A stretch of 63,902 nucleotides of DNA, filler included, from Chiloscyllium plagiosum (lineage: Eukaryota), in assembly GCF_004010195.1 (NCBI RefSeq). It is 4 parts of one record of this genome, joined end to end, with 100 filler letters (N's around TTAATTAATTAA, not from the genome) between each part and the next. Parts side by side here need not be neighbours in the genome. Positions count along the whole stretch, not along the records: positions 1 to 18,853 come from NC_057712.1; 3 more parts are not named here. One strand, given 5' to 3'. This document shows, in pieces, positions 1 to 12,200 of the stretch. The notes beneath the pieces were generated by a model. The model had not been told where the DNA came from and did no database searches. It saw only the letters and a list, made by a program, of their open reading frames with translations. Position 1 is the stretch's first letter; each line of letters begins with the position of its first letter. The translations under genes and the position numbers were made by a program.

Positions 1-372
1 GGATAACCATACATTTATCCAGATTAAACTGCATCTGCCATGCATCTGTCCACTCACCTAACTTGTCCAGGTCACCCTGTAATCTCCGAACATTCTCCTC
101 ACATTTCACCCTGCCACCCAGCTTTGTATCATCAGCAAATTTGCTAATGTTATTGCTGATACCATCTTCTATATCATTAACATATATTGTAAAAAGCTGC
201 GGTCTCAGCACGGATCCCTGCAGTACCCCACTGGTCACTGCCTGACTTTCCGAAATGGAGCCGTTTATCACTACCCTTTGTTTCCTATCAGCCAACCAAT
301 TTTCAATCCAATCTAGTACTTTGCCCCCAATACCATGCGCCCTAAGTTTACTCACTAACCTCCTGTGTGGGA
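1..372 (-). mobile_element. CR1-type LINE RT fragment
   Basis: Reverse strand encodes the SGVLQGSVL and SKFADDTK RT motifs. Confidence 0.8.
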
Positions 373-379
373 CTTCATC

Positions 380-1088
380 ATCATCAATCAGCGTGGGGGT
401 GGCAGCTACATCAGCTGCATGGCTTATGGCGTCTGAGTAGTTTCCGAGGCCAGGGGAATCTTCTGGAATGTTTGAGGAGCGCTGGTTATGGAGGTGGATA
501 GACAAAAGTTTGTTGTACTTACAGTTTTTGAAATTTGAGATGGAATTGAAATACTATTTGTTGAGAGTATGAATTCTCCTGAGGATGTAGTACAGAGTGG
601 GTCCTTTGCAATTCTGAGAGAGTGTGGCCCTCAGCTGAGGCAGGGCTGACTGTAGAGAGGTTAGGTGCCGGCGCATTGCTGCGAGTGTGGAGCGGAGAAT
701 CTTGAAGGAGAACTGTTACTGGTGTTTTTGAATCTGTAGTCTGTACTGTTTGTCCTGTTCGGGTCCAAACTCTGCTGGTTTAAAGGTGGTCCAGAGTCCG
801 TGTGGGATGAGTTGGTTACGGAGGCAGGTACTGAGGAAGCAAATGTGGCTATGGTAGCGAGTTTGTTTCAGGACATGATTGAAGAGCTTCAGGGCAGAAG
901 AAATGACCTGGCAGTTGTAGTGGGAGAGGGACTCCCTGAGATTCTTGTAGAGAGAGGAGGAAAACTTCTTCAAGGCAGGCATCCTAGCAAGAGGATTTGC
1001 AGTAGGGTTAAAATCAACTAGGTAAAAACCAGATTCTGGATTAGTGGTGCTGGAAGGGCACAACAGTTCAGGCAGAATCCAAGGAGCT
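380..1088 (-). mobile_element. Penelope-like element 5' ORF remnant plus adjacent pLTR-type repeat
   Basis: ORF 716-1063 (SHICFLSTCLRNQLIPHGL) resembles a PLE ORF N-terminus; 1028-1088 matches the gctggaa..cagca repeat seen in the hammerhead-bearing elements. Confidence 0.6.
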
Positions 1089-2769
1089 CTGTCACTAAAT
1101 ATGATTAATGCTGATCCTCTATCTCAATGCCTTATTCTCACTTTCTCCCCAACCTCTTGATGCCTCTAAAATCTGAACATTTAACTATCTCTTTCTTGAA
1201 TATATTCAGGGACCTGGTCTCCACTGTTTTCAGCCATAGAGAATTCCACAGACTCACTATCCTTGGAATGAAGTATATCCTCATCTTAGTTCCAAAAGTT
1301 CTATCCTGTATCCTGAGACTGACCACTGGTTCCAGGCTCCCCAACTCAGGGAAACATCCTCCCTGTATCCAGTCCGACCAGACCTGTTAGAACTTCACAC
1401 ATTTTAATCAGATCCCCTCTCATCCTTCTCACCTCCAGTCAAACCCATGTCTCCTCAGAGGGCAATCCTACCATCCCCAGTTATCAGCCGAAGGATTCTC
1501 CAGTGCACTCCCTCTGTGGGAGGTTTTACCTCCACTTTGACTGGGAAGAGAGTCACAGAGTTTAAGCGGGACCTCCAATATTGTCGCACTCCCCTAGTTC
1601 TGCAATGGAGCGCCATTCTGGATTATGTGTTCAAATTGCCAAAGTGGGAATTGAACACAGGACCTTTGAGACGTAGGAGTGAGAATGTCACCCACTGAAA
1701 CACGGCTGACAAAATTACAATGGTCCACACTTATCCTTCTTTAGGAAATTCTATAGAGAATTCTCCATAATAAGCACCAGATAAATATCTTCTCTCTTTT
1801 TCATTGTACAAGCATTTTCTTCTCTTACTGTATAAGGTGCTGCAGTCCATCTTTTGTGCAGTTTACAGAAGAGCAAGTTAAAGCCATTGGTACAATGCAT
1901 TTTAAAGACAGGAAATTAAATATTTACATATTTGCATACATATGATATAATAAGCAATTACAATCTCTGTATATATGTTAAAGTGACACGATTCCTGGTG
2001 GAGCACACGATCTGAGGATGTAGATTTCTCACTGAGTGACTTGTGTGCCATCCACGTCAAAAAGAAATCCCCACCCTCACAGACACACTGTACCCCATTC
2101 ACTCACCTTGTCAGCAATAAAACTGTCTCTTTCGTTGCAGTCATGTTCTCAAACAGAACATGATGTTCTCACCATCAGCAGCAAGTACTTACTGTCAGTC
2201 TGAAGAAACTTTACTAACAGGAGCAATGGGACAATTTATCGAGCAATAAGTAAAATGAGTCAGTCAACTGTGATGGTAAAAGACACACTGATCTTTCTCA
2301 CAGAAAAGTGCGATTTTCTTTGCAGTGAAGTGAGATCTTTCTCACCTCTTTTGCAGTACAGTCACAATTGGTTCAGTGATTTCTTTGGTCATTTAAAAAC
2401 TTTTAATCTTTGTTAAGGTAATAATGCTGGGAAATGGAATGCTTTCCAGCACTTGCATCCCTTTCAGGACAAGTACGACATGCAGTTGGATACAGAGTAA
2501 AGCTGCCTCTTTTGACTCTGCCCCCAACTTTAAGTGAAGCGATGGCATAATGGCAGACTCACTAGACTACTAATCCAGAAACTCAGCTAATGTTCTGAGG
2601 GCCAGATTCAAACCCCAAATATATCTGGAATTAAGACTCTACTGATGACATTGCTGATTTTTGGAAAAATCCATTTGGTTCATTAATGCCCTTTAGGGAA
2701 GGACATCTGCCATCTTTAACCGGTCTGGCCTACACATGACTCAATGTGGTTGACTCCCAACTCCCAACA

Positions 2770-4760
2770 GCAGCAACAGCTTTGTCAACCTTACCCAGCC
2801 AATTACTGCCCCATCAGTCTACTCTCAATCATTAGTAAAGTGATGGAAGGGGTCATCAACATTAAACATGGAAGTGGGCGGCACGATGGCTAAGTGGCTA
2901 GCACTGCTGCCTCACAGCACCAGGGACCCAGATTCAATTCCAGCCTTGGGCAACAGTCTGTGTGGAGTTTGCACATTCTCCCCGTGTCTGCATGGGTTTC
3001 CTTCCACAATCCAAAGATGTGTAGGTCAGGTGAATTAGCCATGATAAAGTGTTAGGTCTGGGTGGATTACTCTTTGGAGGGTTGGTGTGGACTTTTAGAT
3101 TAGATTAGATTAGATTACTTACAGTGTGGAAACAGGCCCTTCGGCCCAACAAGTCCACACCGACCCGCCGAAGCGCAACCCACCCATACCCCTACATTTA
3201 CCCCCTTACCTAACACTACGGGCAATTTAGCATGGCCAATTCACCTGACCTGCACATCTTTGGATTGTGGAAGGAAACCCATGCAGACTTGTTGGGCCAA
3301 AGGGCCTGTAGGTAATCTAATCTAAAACAGTGCTATCAAGCAGCACCTGCTCACCAATAACCCGCTCAGTGACACCCAGTTTGGGTTCCACCAGGGCCAC
3401 TCAGCTCCTGACCTCATTACAGCCTTGGGTCAAACACGGACTGAAGAGCTGAATTCCAGAGGGGAGGGGAGAGGGACAGCACTTCGTATCAAGGCTGCAT
3501 TCAACCGAGTGTGGCATCAAAGAGCCATAGCAAAACTGGAATCAATGGGTATCAGGGGACAAACTCTCCGCTGGTTAGAGTCATACCTGGCACAGAGGAA
3601 GATGGTTGGGGTTGTTGGAGGTCAGTCATCTCAGCTCCAGGACATCTCTGCAGGTGTTCCTCAGGATTTGGAGATGCCAGTTCCTCAGGAAAGTGAAATA
3701 TGCCCAACTATCTTCAATTCCTTCATCAATGACCTTCCCTCTATCATAAAGTCAGAACTGGGAATATTCGCCAATGATTGCACAGTTTTCAGCAACTCCT
3801 CAAATACTGAAGCAGTCCATGTTCAAATGCAACAAATTCTGGACAACATCCAGGTTTGGACTGAAAAGTGGCAACTAACATCTGTGCCACACAAATACCA
3901 GGCAATGACCATCTCCAATAAGAGAGAATCTAACCATTGTTCCTTGCCATTCAATGATGTTACTATCACTAAATTCCCAACTGTCAACCTCCTGGGGGTT
4001 ATTATTGACCAGAGACTCAACTGGACTCAACCATACAAGTACAGTGGCTAAATAAATACAGAAGCGATGAGAGGCTAGGATTATTGCAGCAAGTAACTGA
4101 CCTCCTAACTCACAAAGCCAGTCCACCATGTACAAGGCACAAGGTCAGGAGATCAGGAGCTGAGTGGCCCTGGAGAAACCCAAACTGGGCGTCATGACAC
4201 CTTCCATCACTTTACTGAGGATCAAGAGGAGACTGATGGGATGGTAACTAGCTGAGTTGGATTGTCCTCCTTTCTGTGTATAGCACATACCTGGGCAATT
4301 TTCCACATTTTTGGGTAGATGTCAGTGTTGTAACAGTACTAGAACAGCTTGGCTAGGGAGTGGCAAGTTATGGAGCACAAGGAGTGTGATGGAATATTCC
4401 CCATATGCCCCAACAACACTCAAGGACCCGCACACTGTTCAGGATAAAGCAACCCGCTTGATTGGCACTACATCCACAAGCACCCAATCTCTCGAGCACT
4501 GATGCTCAGTAGCAACAGTTTGTAACATTTACAAGATTCACTGCAGAAATTCACCAAAGATGAAACTTCTAAACCCATGCCCGCTTATATCTAGAAGGAC
4601 CAGGGTAGCAGACTCATGGGAACACATTGTGGGTCTACCAACAGCACATGGATTACTGTGGTTCAAAAATGCAGTTTACTACCACCTTCTCAAGGGCAAC
4701 TGGAAACGGGCAGTAAATGCTGGCCCAGCCTACGACACCCACATCCATAAGTGAATGGCA
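2770..4760 (+). mobile_element. Non-LTR retrotransposon (CR1/L2 supergroup) RT and 3' end, interrupted by SINEs
   Basis: ORF 3425-4051: ALRIKAAFNRVWH, AGVPQ, FINDL, IFANDC; 3' tail aaatgctggcccagcc...cacatcc. Confidence 0.8.
2877..3325 (+). mobile_element. HE1-type tRNA-derived SINE with a nested antisense truncated copy (~3098-3290)
   Basis: tRNA-like head ggcggcacgatggctaagtggctagcactgctgcctcacag...attcaattcc; (aatct)n tail; inner copy starts with (ttaga)n. Confidence 0.8.
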
Positions 4761-4844
4761 AAACAAAGGAAAATAAACATTCCCAGGGCAGGGACAGATA
4801 CAGAGTAACTATCTTTGACAATGTCTTCATCAAACACTTCCTGA

Positions 4845-5471
4845 TGATGCTATAAAAATGTTATTTTGTCTTGGCTTTATTTTTGAAGAGAGTTTGTAAA
4901 TGCAGAGGTGGCGAAGTGGCTGATAGAGAGGGCTAAGTCAACAACGTATGAGGCCTTTCGGTTTTGTTTAAAACAGTGGTAAGAATGGAAGGGGAGTGGC
5001 CAGTTCTCACAGACCAGGCTTTCTAGTTTTATTAGCTGGAGCAGTCAGAAGCTGTTTGGGTCCCAGAAGAGTTGGAGTTTCAGTAAAAGATTCCGAACTC
5101 TACTTTCCCTGAAATCTCTCCATGTTGTTTCCCTCCTGGATTGGAGAACTCCATGTGAGAATCTGTGTCTGAATTTTTCTTATTGCCAGAGAATATATTT
5201 ATGGGATGTTACTGTATTGGAATGGCTAATTAGTAATAGGCACTGCATCTATTATTTGGTTAAGTTTTCCAATAGTTGTTATTCTAAATTTGTCTTTCTT
5301 TTGGGTGTATTTGAACTATAGTGTTTAGATAAATGGTGTTTTGCTTAGTTTCAAGTAGTTTGACCAGTTACACCACATCTGGAACATGCACTTCACACCC
5401 ACCTAAGGAAACGTTAGGGTCTAGGTAACCTTCTTAAAACATTCTGAGGGGATCGGGCCTGGTCCAAAACA
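4845..5471 (+). mobile_element. Probable solo LTR
   Basis: About 627 bp, TG...CA ends, flanked by ctga/ctgg (imperfect 4-bp TSD), interrupts a tandem repeat. Confidence 0.4.
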
Positions 5472-5660
5472 CTGGAAAGGTACAAGGGATAGGATACAGA
5501 GTAAAGCCCCCTCTACATTACCCCCATCAAACATTTCCAGCAAAGGGACAGCATGGGATTAGAAACAGTGTAAAGGCTTCTCTACATTGTCCATATCAAA
5601 CATTCCCACAGCAGGTACAGCATGGGGTTAATTATAAAGCTCTCCACAACACTATTCAAG
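5472..5660 (+). repeat. Degenerate ~65-70 bp tandem repeat (about 3 units; related units at ~2450-2520 and ~4780-4840)
   Basis: Recurring ccatcaaacattccca..aggtacagcatggg.ttagatacagagtaaagc..tctacattgt. Confidence 0.65.
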
Positions 5661-5692
5661 CCTCAATTTTTCTAAATAAAAGAAAGCAATGC

Positions 5693-5875
5693 AGATGTTG
5701 GAAATCTAAAACAAAAACAGAAATTGCTGGAGAAATTCAGTAGGGCTGGCAGCATCTGTGGAGAGAAGGCAGAGTTAACATTCAAGTCCAGTGATTCTAT
5801 TTCAAGGAAGGCCACTGGACTTGAAACATTAACTGTGCTTTCTTTCTAAAGATGCAGCCAGATGTCTTCAATTTT
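5693..5875. mobile_element. Old fold-back Penelope-derived miniature element
   Basis: Inverted arms gcagcatct..gagttaacattcaagtccagtg / cactggacttgaaacattaac..agatgcagc. Confidence 0.55.
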
Positions 5876-5968
5876 TCTTTATTCATTGTCGTTCACCATC
5901 ACATATTATGTTTTATTTATTGTCTAGTTTGAAACTTTCTCATGATTTATAATCACAAGTATACTTAC

Positions 5969-6221
5969 TGACTCCAAAGCCACCATTCCTGCTCATGAAA
6001 TCCAGAAAAGATTGTAATAGGTGGCAAAGAGTCATCACAATCCCCAGGTCTGTGACAGCAAATTGCTGCAACTTTCGATGGCTTCTTACAAATTGCAGGC
6101 CTGCTGTAATGCTTTTGTCAAAGAGTGTCTGGAGGTATTCCTTCGCCTTGCCAGGTAACTCCTCTGGGAGCCTTTCTAGCCAGGTACTAACATAAGGCCG
6201 CCAACCAAGATCGACTGGGTC
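5969..6221 (-). CDS. DNAH14: DNAH14-like exon after AAA2 (lid region), phase 0-1 (not in ORF track)
   Basis: gtcatgttag|GACCCA...GGAGTCA|gtaagt; 253 nt; DPVDLGWRPYVSTWLERLPEELPGKAKEYLQTLFDKSITAGLQFV...LCHLLQSFLDFMSRNGGFGV; continues in frame from the 10146 exon. Confidence 0.92.
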
Positions 6222-9200
6222 CTAACATGACATTAAAAAGACAAGCACGGTTAGTTAACTCATTCTAAATCGTCCAATCCTGTCAGCACCATCATTTAAA
6301 AGGTATTGCCATCTTATTCACCATCTTCATCACCAACTAAACCATAAGATCATTAGACATAGGAGTAGAAATTAGGCCATTCAGCCCATCGAGTCTGCTC
6401 AGCCATTCAATCAGGGCTTATAAGTTTCTCAACCCCATTCTCCTGCTTTCTCCCTGTAACCCTTGATCCCTTTGATATTCAAGAACCTATCTATCTCAGT
6501 GACCTGGCCTCCATAGCCTTCTGTGGCAATGAATTCCATAGATTCACCACTCTCTGGCTGAATCTTATCTCCGTTCTAAAAGGTCTACCCTTTACTCTAA
6601 GACTGTACCCTCAGGTCCTAGTCTCTCCCACCAATGGAAACATCTTCCCAACATCTACTCTATCCAGGCCATTCAGTATTTTGTATGTTTCAATTATCTC
6701 TCCCTCATCCTTCTAAACTCCATTGCGTATAGACCCAGGGTCCTCAAACGATCCTCATATGTTAAGCCTTTCATTCCTGGGATCATTCTCGTGAAATCTC
6801 CTCTGAGTTGCTTCAGGGCCAGTACATCTTTCCTGAGATTTGGGGCCAACAATTGCTCACAATATTCTAGATGCGATCTGACCAGAGCCTTATAGAACCT
6901 CAGAAGTACATCGCTGGTTTTATATTCAAGTCCTCTCGAGATGAATGACAACATTGTATTTGCCTTCCAAGCTACTGACTCAACCTGCAAGATTACCTGA
7001 ACAGAAACCTGGACTAGGACTCCCAAGTCCCTTTGCATTTCAGATATCTGTATTTTCTCCCCATTTAGAAAATAGTCCCTGCTTCTATTCTTCCCACCAA
7101 ACTGCATGACCTCATACTTTCCCATGTTGTACTCCATCTGCCACTTCTTTGCCCACTCTCCTAACCTATCCAAATCCTTCAGCAGCCTCCCCACCTCCTC
7201 AATGCTACCTGTCCCTCTACCTATCTTTGTATTGTCTGCAAATTTAGACAGAATGCCCTCAGTTCTTTCAACCAGATCATTAATGTATAAAATGAAACGT
7301 TGTGGACCCAACACTGACCCTTGTGGATCACCACTTATCACCGGCTGCTATCCTGAGAAAGACCCTTTTATCCCCACTCTCTGCTTTCTGCCATACAGCA
7401 GGCTTCTATCCATGCTAGTACCTTGCCTCTAACACCATGGGCCTTATCTTAGCCTCCTGTGTGGCACCTTGTCGAAGACCTTCAGGAGGTCCAAGTAGAT
7501 AACATCCATTGGCTCTCCTTGGTCTAACCCCCTCAAAGACTTCTAGCAGATCTGTCAGGTATGACCTCCTCTTGATGAAACCATGCTAACTTTTCCCTGA
7601 CGTCTAAGTATTCAGAAATCTCATCCTTCACAATGGACTTCAAAAGCTTACCGACGACCGAGATAGGCGAATTGGCCTCTAATTTTTCATCTTTTGTCTT
7701 ACTCCCTTTTTAAACAGGGGGGCTACATTAGCAGTTTTCCAGTCCTCTCGGACCCTCCCTGATTCCATTGATTCCTGGAAGATCACCAGTAATGCCTCCA
7801 TTATCTCTTCAGCTATCTCCTTTAGAACTCTGGGCTGTAGTCCATCTAGTCCAGGTGATTTCAGACCATTCAGTTTTTCTGACACCTTCTCCTTGGTGAT
7901 AGCAACCACACTCACCTCTGTCACCCAACTCTCTTGAACTTTTGGGATGTTACTTGTGCCTTCCACTGTGAATGCTGACACAAAGTACTTATTCAGTTCC
8001 TCAGCCATTTCTTTACTCCCCATTACTACTTCCCCAGTGTCATTTTCCAGTGACCCAATGTCCACTTTTGCCCCTTATATTTTTTTTTAATCTTGCAATT
8101 TTTCTTATGTTACTGGCTAGCTTACCCTCATATTTAATCTTCTCCCTCCTTTTTCTGTTTCCCTCTGTTGGTCTTTGTAAGCTTCCCAATTCCCTGGGTT
8201 TCCCACTGCCCTTCACCATATTATATGGCTTCCCTTTTCCTTTTATGCTATCCCTGACATCCCTAGTTGGCCATGGTTGCCTCATTCTCCCTGTACCATG
8301 CTTCTTTTTCCTCGGGATGAATCCCTGCTGTCTTGCCTGAATTATTCCCAGAAACTCCTGCCATTGCTGTTCCACTGTCTTTCCTGCTCGGCTCCTCTCC
8401 CAGTCAATTCTACCCAGCTCCTCCCTCATTCCTCTGTAGCTGTGTTATTCAACTGTAATACTGTTACTTCTGATTTTACCTTCTCCCTCTCAAACTGTGG
8501 AGTAAATTCAATCATATTATGATCACTGCCTCCTAAGGGTTCCCTTATCAAGTCTGCCTCATTACACAACTCTAAATCCAGTATGACCAGTTTCCTACTG
8601 GGCTCCACCACAAGCTGCTCCAAAAGGCCATCTCATAGACATTCCACAAATTCCTTTTTTTGCAATCCATTACCAACCTGATTTTCCCAGTCTACCTGCA
8701 CATTGAAATCCCCCATGATCACTGTAACTTTGCCTTTCTTACATACCATTTCTATCTCCTGGTGTATCTTGCACCCCAGCTCCTGACCACTGTTTGGAAG
8801 CCTTTACATCACTTCACCAATTTATTTTTAACCTTTGCGGTTCCTCAACTCTACCCACACAGATTCTACATCATCTTACCCTGTGTCGTTTCTTGTTACT
8901 GATTTAATTCAATTTAATTTCTTACTAATAAGGCAACCCTCTCCCCACCCCCTCTGACCATCTGCCTCTCTTTTCAATAGGATCTGTATCCTTGGATATT
9001 TAGCTCCCAATCCTGATCCCCATGTAACTACATGACTGTGATACCCATCACATCATACCTGCTAATTTCTATCTGCGCCACAAGTTCATTTACCTTATTT
9101 CATACACTGCACACATTCAGATACAACACCTTTAGTCCTGTATTGACCGTCCCTATTCACATTGTCATGCCTTTATCAAGTGTGTTTGGAATTAGAATCC

Positions 9201-12200
9201 TAACCCTTTCCAAACACTGTCCTATACTGTGTGCTGGAGACTTTAATGACCTCTCCTGAGTTCCTCTTTCTTTTCATACTTTTCCATGCAGTTGAATCCC
9301 CCCCCATAGATGTTAACCTGCTGTGGTTAACAATTGTTAATTGACTTCTGTGTGTGTTCCTAACATACTTATTTAGTAATTTTATGTTATTTCTGTTCTT
9401 GACCGTGAAAAGTGATGGAAAGTATTTATTTAACTCCTCTGTCATTTCCTGGTTTCCCATTATTAATTCCCCAGCCTTGGTCTCCATGGGGCCTTTGTTC
9501 ACTTTAGTCTTTATTCACTTTGAATATGTCTAAGGAATCTCTTACTTTCTGTGTTGTATTGCTTGCTAGTTTTCCCCAGTGTTCACTTTTTGGTCATCCT
9601 TTGCTGGCTTTTTAAACTTTCCTAATCCTCTGATTTACCATAAATCTTTGCCACATTGTATTTTTTTTCTTTCAATTTCTTATTACCCTTAACTTTATTA
9701 GTTTACCATGGTCGATTTATTCCTTTTCTAGAGTCCTTCTTTGTCATTTGGATATATTTTTGTTGTTGGTCATAAACTACTTTCTGAAACATTTACCAAA
9801 GAACCTCATTTTTTTCCCCCATTAAACTGTTTTCCCAGTCCAGCAAACTCAGTCCTTATCCTTAAGTGATTATCCTGATTTAGGTTTAACACAGTTGTTT
9901 CCACCCCAGGTTTCTCCCTCTCAAATTGAATGCTAAATTGTGTTATGGTCACTGTTCCCTGGGGGATCTTTTCCTCTGAGATCATTTATTAAACCTGCCT
10001 TAGTACACATTATGATATTTAAAATAGCCTGCGCTCCAGTTGTATTTACAATATACTGTTGCAGGAACTGTTCCAAATACACTTTCTGAACGCTTCCTCA
10101 TGGCTACCTCTATCAATTTTAATTCTTTTTGGGAAGGTATCTTACCATGTAAACCATGGCACATCTGCTGATTGTGGCAGGGCTAGCTTGGGAAAGGCTG
10201 TCCACTTCAAAGAGGAGCCTCATGCCTCGTGGCAATCTGATGCGTTCCCCATTGGACAAGCAAAGAGTCCGGGTGTCATCCAGTACTGTGTTGAGGTTTT
10301 CCACCCACACCGTGTCTACTGGGCCATCCATGATTATCCATCGCCAGCTGGACATGGCTGTAACATCTGGAAGAACAAAAAGAGGGTGCATTAATAGAAC
10401 CTGCACCCTATTATGGAATTGTCATGCCAGGATGTGAACTTGGAGTCCTGGTTTAAAATCTCTGCAGACACCAATTGCTGACCCAGAAGAAACAAGCTTC
10501 CGGTTCCAGTTCTTGTGATACAAACTGGATATCATGACCATTACATTTGCCTTGACATGACCTTCTTCAGTCACTCAGAAAGCAAATAGATGAATACAAA
10601 AACAGAAGCAAAATGGTTCTGCCCCACTTTCTAAATCAATCTTTTTCACCTGTTCTTACCTGATTTCTTTAAAAATCAGTGGTTCTTGCCTTCCACATCA
10701 CTTCTCTAGTCATTTATTCATTTTTGCCTTCCACTCAACACACATCTTATCTTTTGATCTTTAATACAAGCCCTTTACCTTTCCCAGTCTTTGAACTTAC
10801 TTATAAACTGTTCAGTCATTAAATATGACAAAACAGAAGGATTAACTATGTATCACTGCTCTCAAAGAACAAACTGGTTTGTACCACTTGCCTACTCCAC
10901 ACATTCCTGCAACATTTTCTCCTCCAAATATTGCTCTGTAAGACCATGAGAGCAGGGGTTGGCCATTCAGCCCATCGAGTCTTCTCCACTATTCAATGAG
11001 ATCATGGCTGATCTGATAATCCTCACCTTAACTTTCCTGCCTTTTCCCCACTTATCCTTGATTCCCTTCCAGATTAAAAATCTCTCAATCCAATTTTATC
11101 TGATCTATTTCTTCCTGAAAGCTACTATTGAGTCTGTGTATGCCACCCTATCAGACAGAATTCCATCCCAAACCACACACTGTGTAAAAGACCTTGTCTT
11201 CCTGTCACTTTGCTTTCATCTTCAATTTCCTCTTAGACTTCTCTGCTTTAAAGAAAACAATCCCAGTTTTTTACTGTTATAGAGTCATAGAGATGTATAG
11301 CACTGAAACAGACCCTTCGGTCCTACTTGTCCATGCTGACCAGATATCCCAACTCAATCTAGTCCCACCTACCAGCCCCTGGCCCATATCCCTCCAAACT
11401 CTTCCTATTCATATACCCATTCAGATGCTTTTTAAATGCTGAAGTTGTACCAGGCTGCACCACTTCCTCTGGCAGCTCATTCCATACACGCCCCACTCTC
11501 TGCGTGAAAAAGTCACCCCTTAGGTCTCTTTTATATCTTTCCCCTCTCACCCTAAACCTATGCCCTCTTGTTCTGGACTCCCCCACCCCAGGGAAAAGAC
11601 CTTGCCAATGTACCCTATCCATGCTCCTCATGATTTTATAAGCCTCTATAAGATCACCCCTCAGCCTCCGATGTTCCAGGGAAAACAGCCCCAGCCTGTT
11701 CAGCCTCTCCCTATAGCCTCTCCCTGGCAACATCCTTGTAAATCTTTTCTGAACCCTTTCAAGTTTCACAATATCTTTCCGCTGGGAAGGAGATCAGAAT
11801 TGCATGTAACATTCCAACAGTGGCCTAACCAATATCCTCTACAGCCGCAACATGACCTCTCAACTCCTGTACTCAACACTCTGACCAATAAAGGATAGCA
11901 TACCAAACGCCTTCTTCACTATCCTATCTACCTGCGACTCCACTTTCAAGGAGCTATGAATCTGCACTCCAAGGTCTCTTTGTTCAGCAACACTCCCGAA
12001 GACCTTACCATTAAGTATATAAATCCTGCTAAGATTTGCTTTCGCAAAATGCAGCACCTCACATTTATCTAAGTTAAACTCTATCTGCCACTCCTCAGCC
12101 CAATGGTCCATCTGATCAAGATCCCGTTGTACTCTGAGGTAACCCTCTTCGCTGTCCACTACACCTCCACTGCAAACTTACTAACTATATCTCCACAATA

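Noticed and set aside
2107..2200. Possible next dynein exon (strong AAG|GTGAGT donor at 2106, acceptor near 2200)
   Set aside because: The best acceptor gives in-frame stops and there is no recognisable dynein similarity; cannot be supported.
5472..5660. CRISPR-like repeat-spacer array
   Set aside because: Whole units are similar with no unique spacers, the context is eukaryotic, and no cas genes are present.
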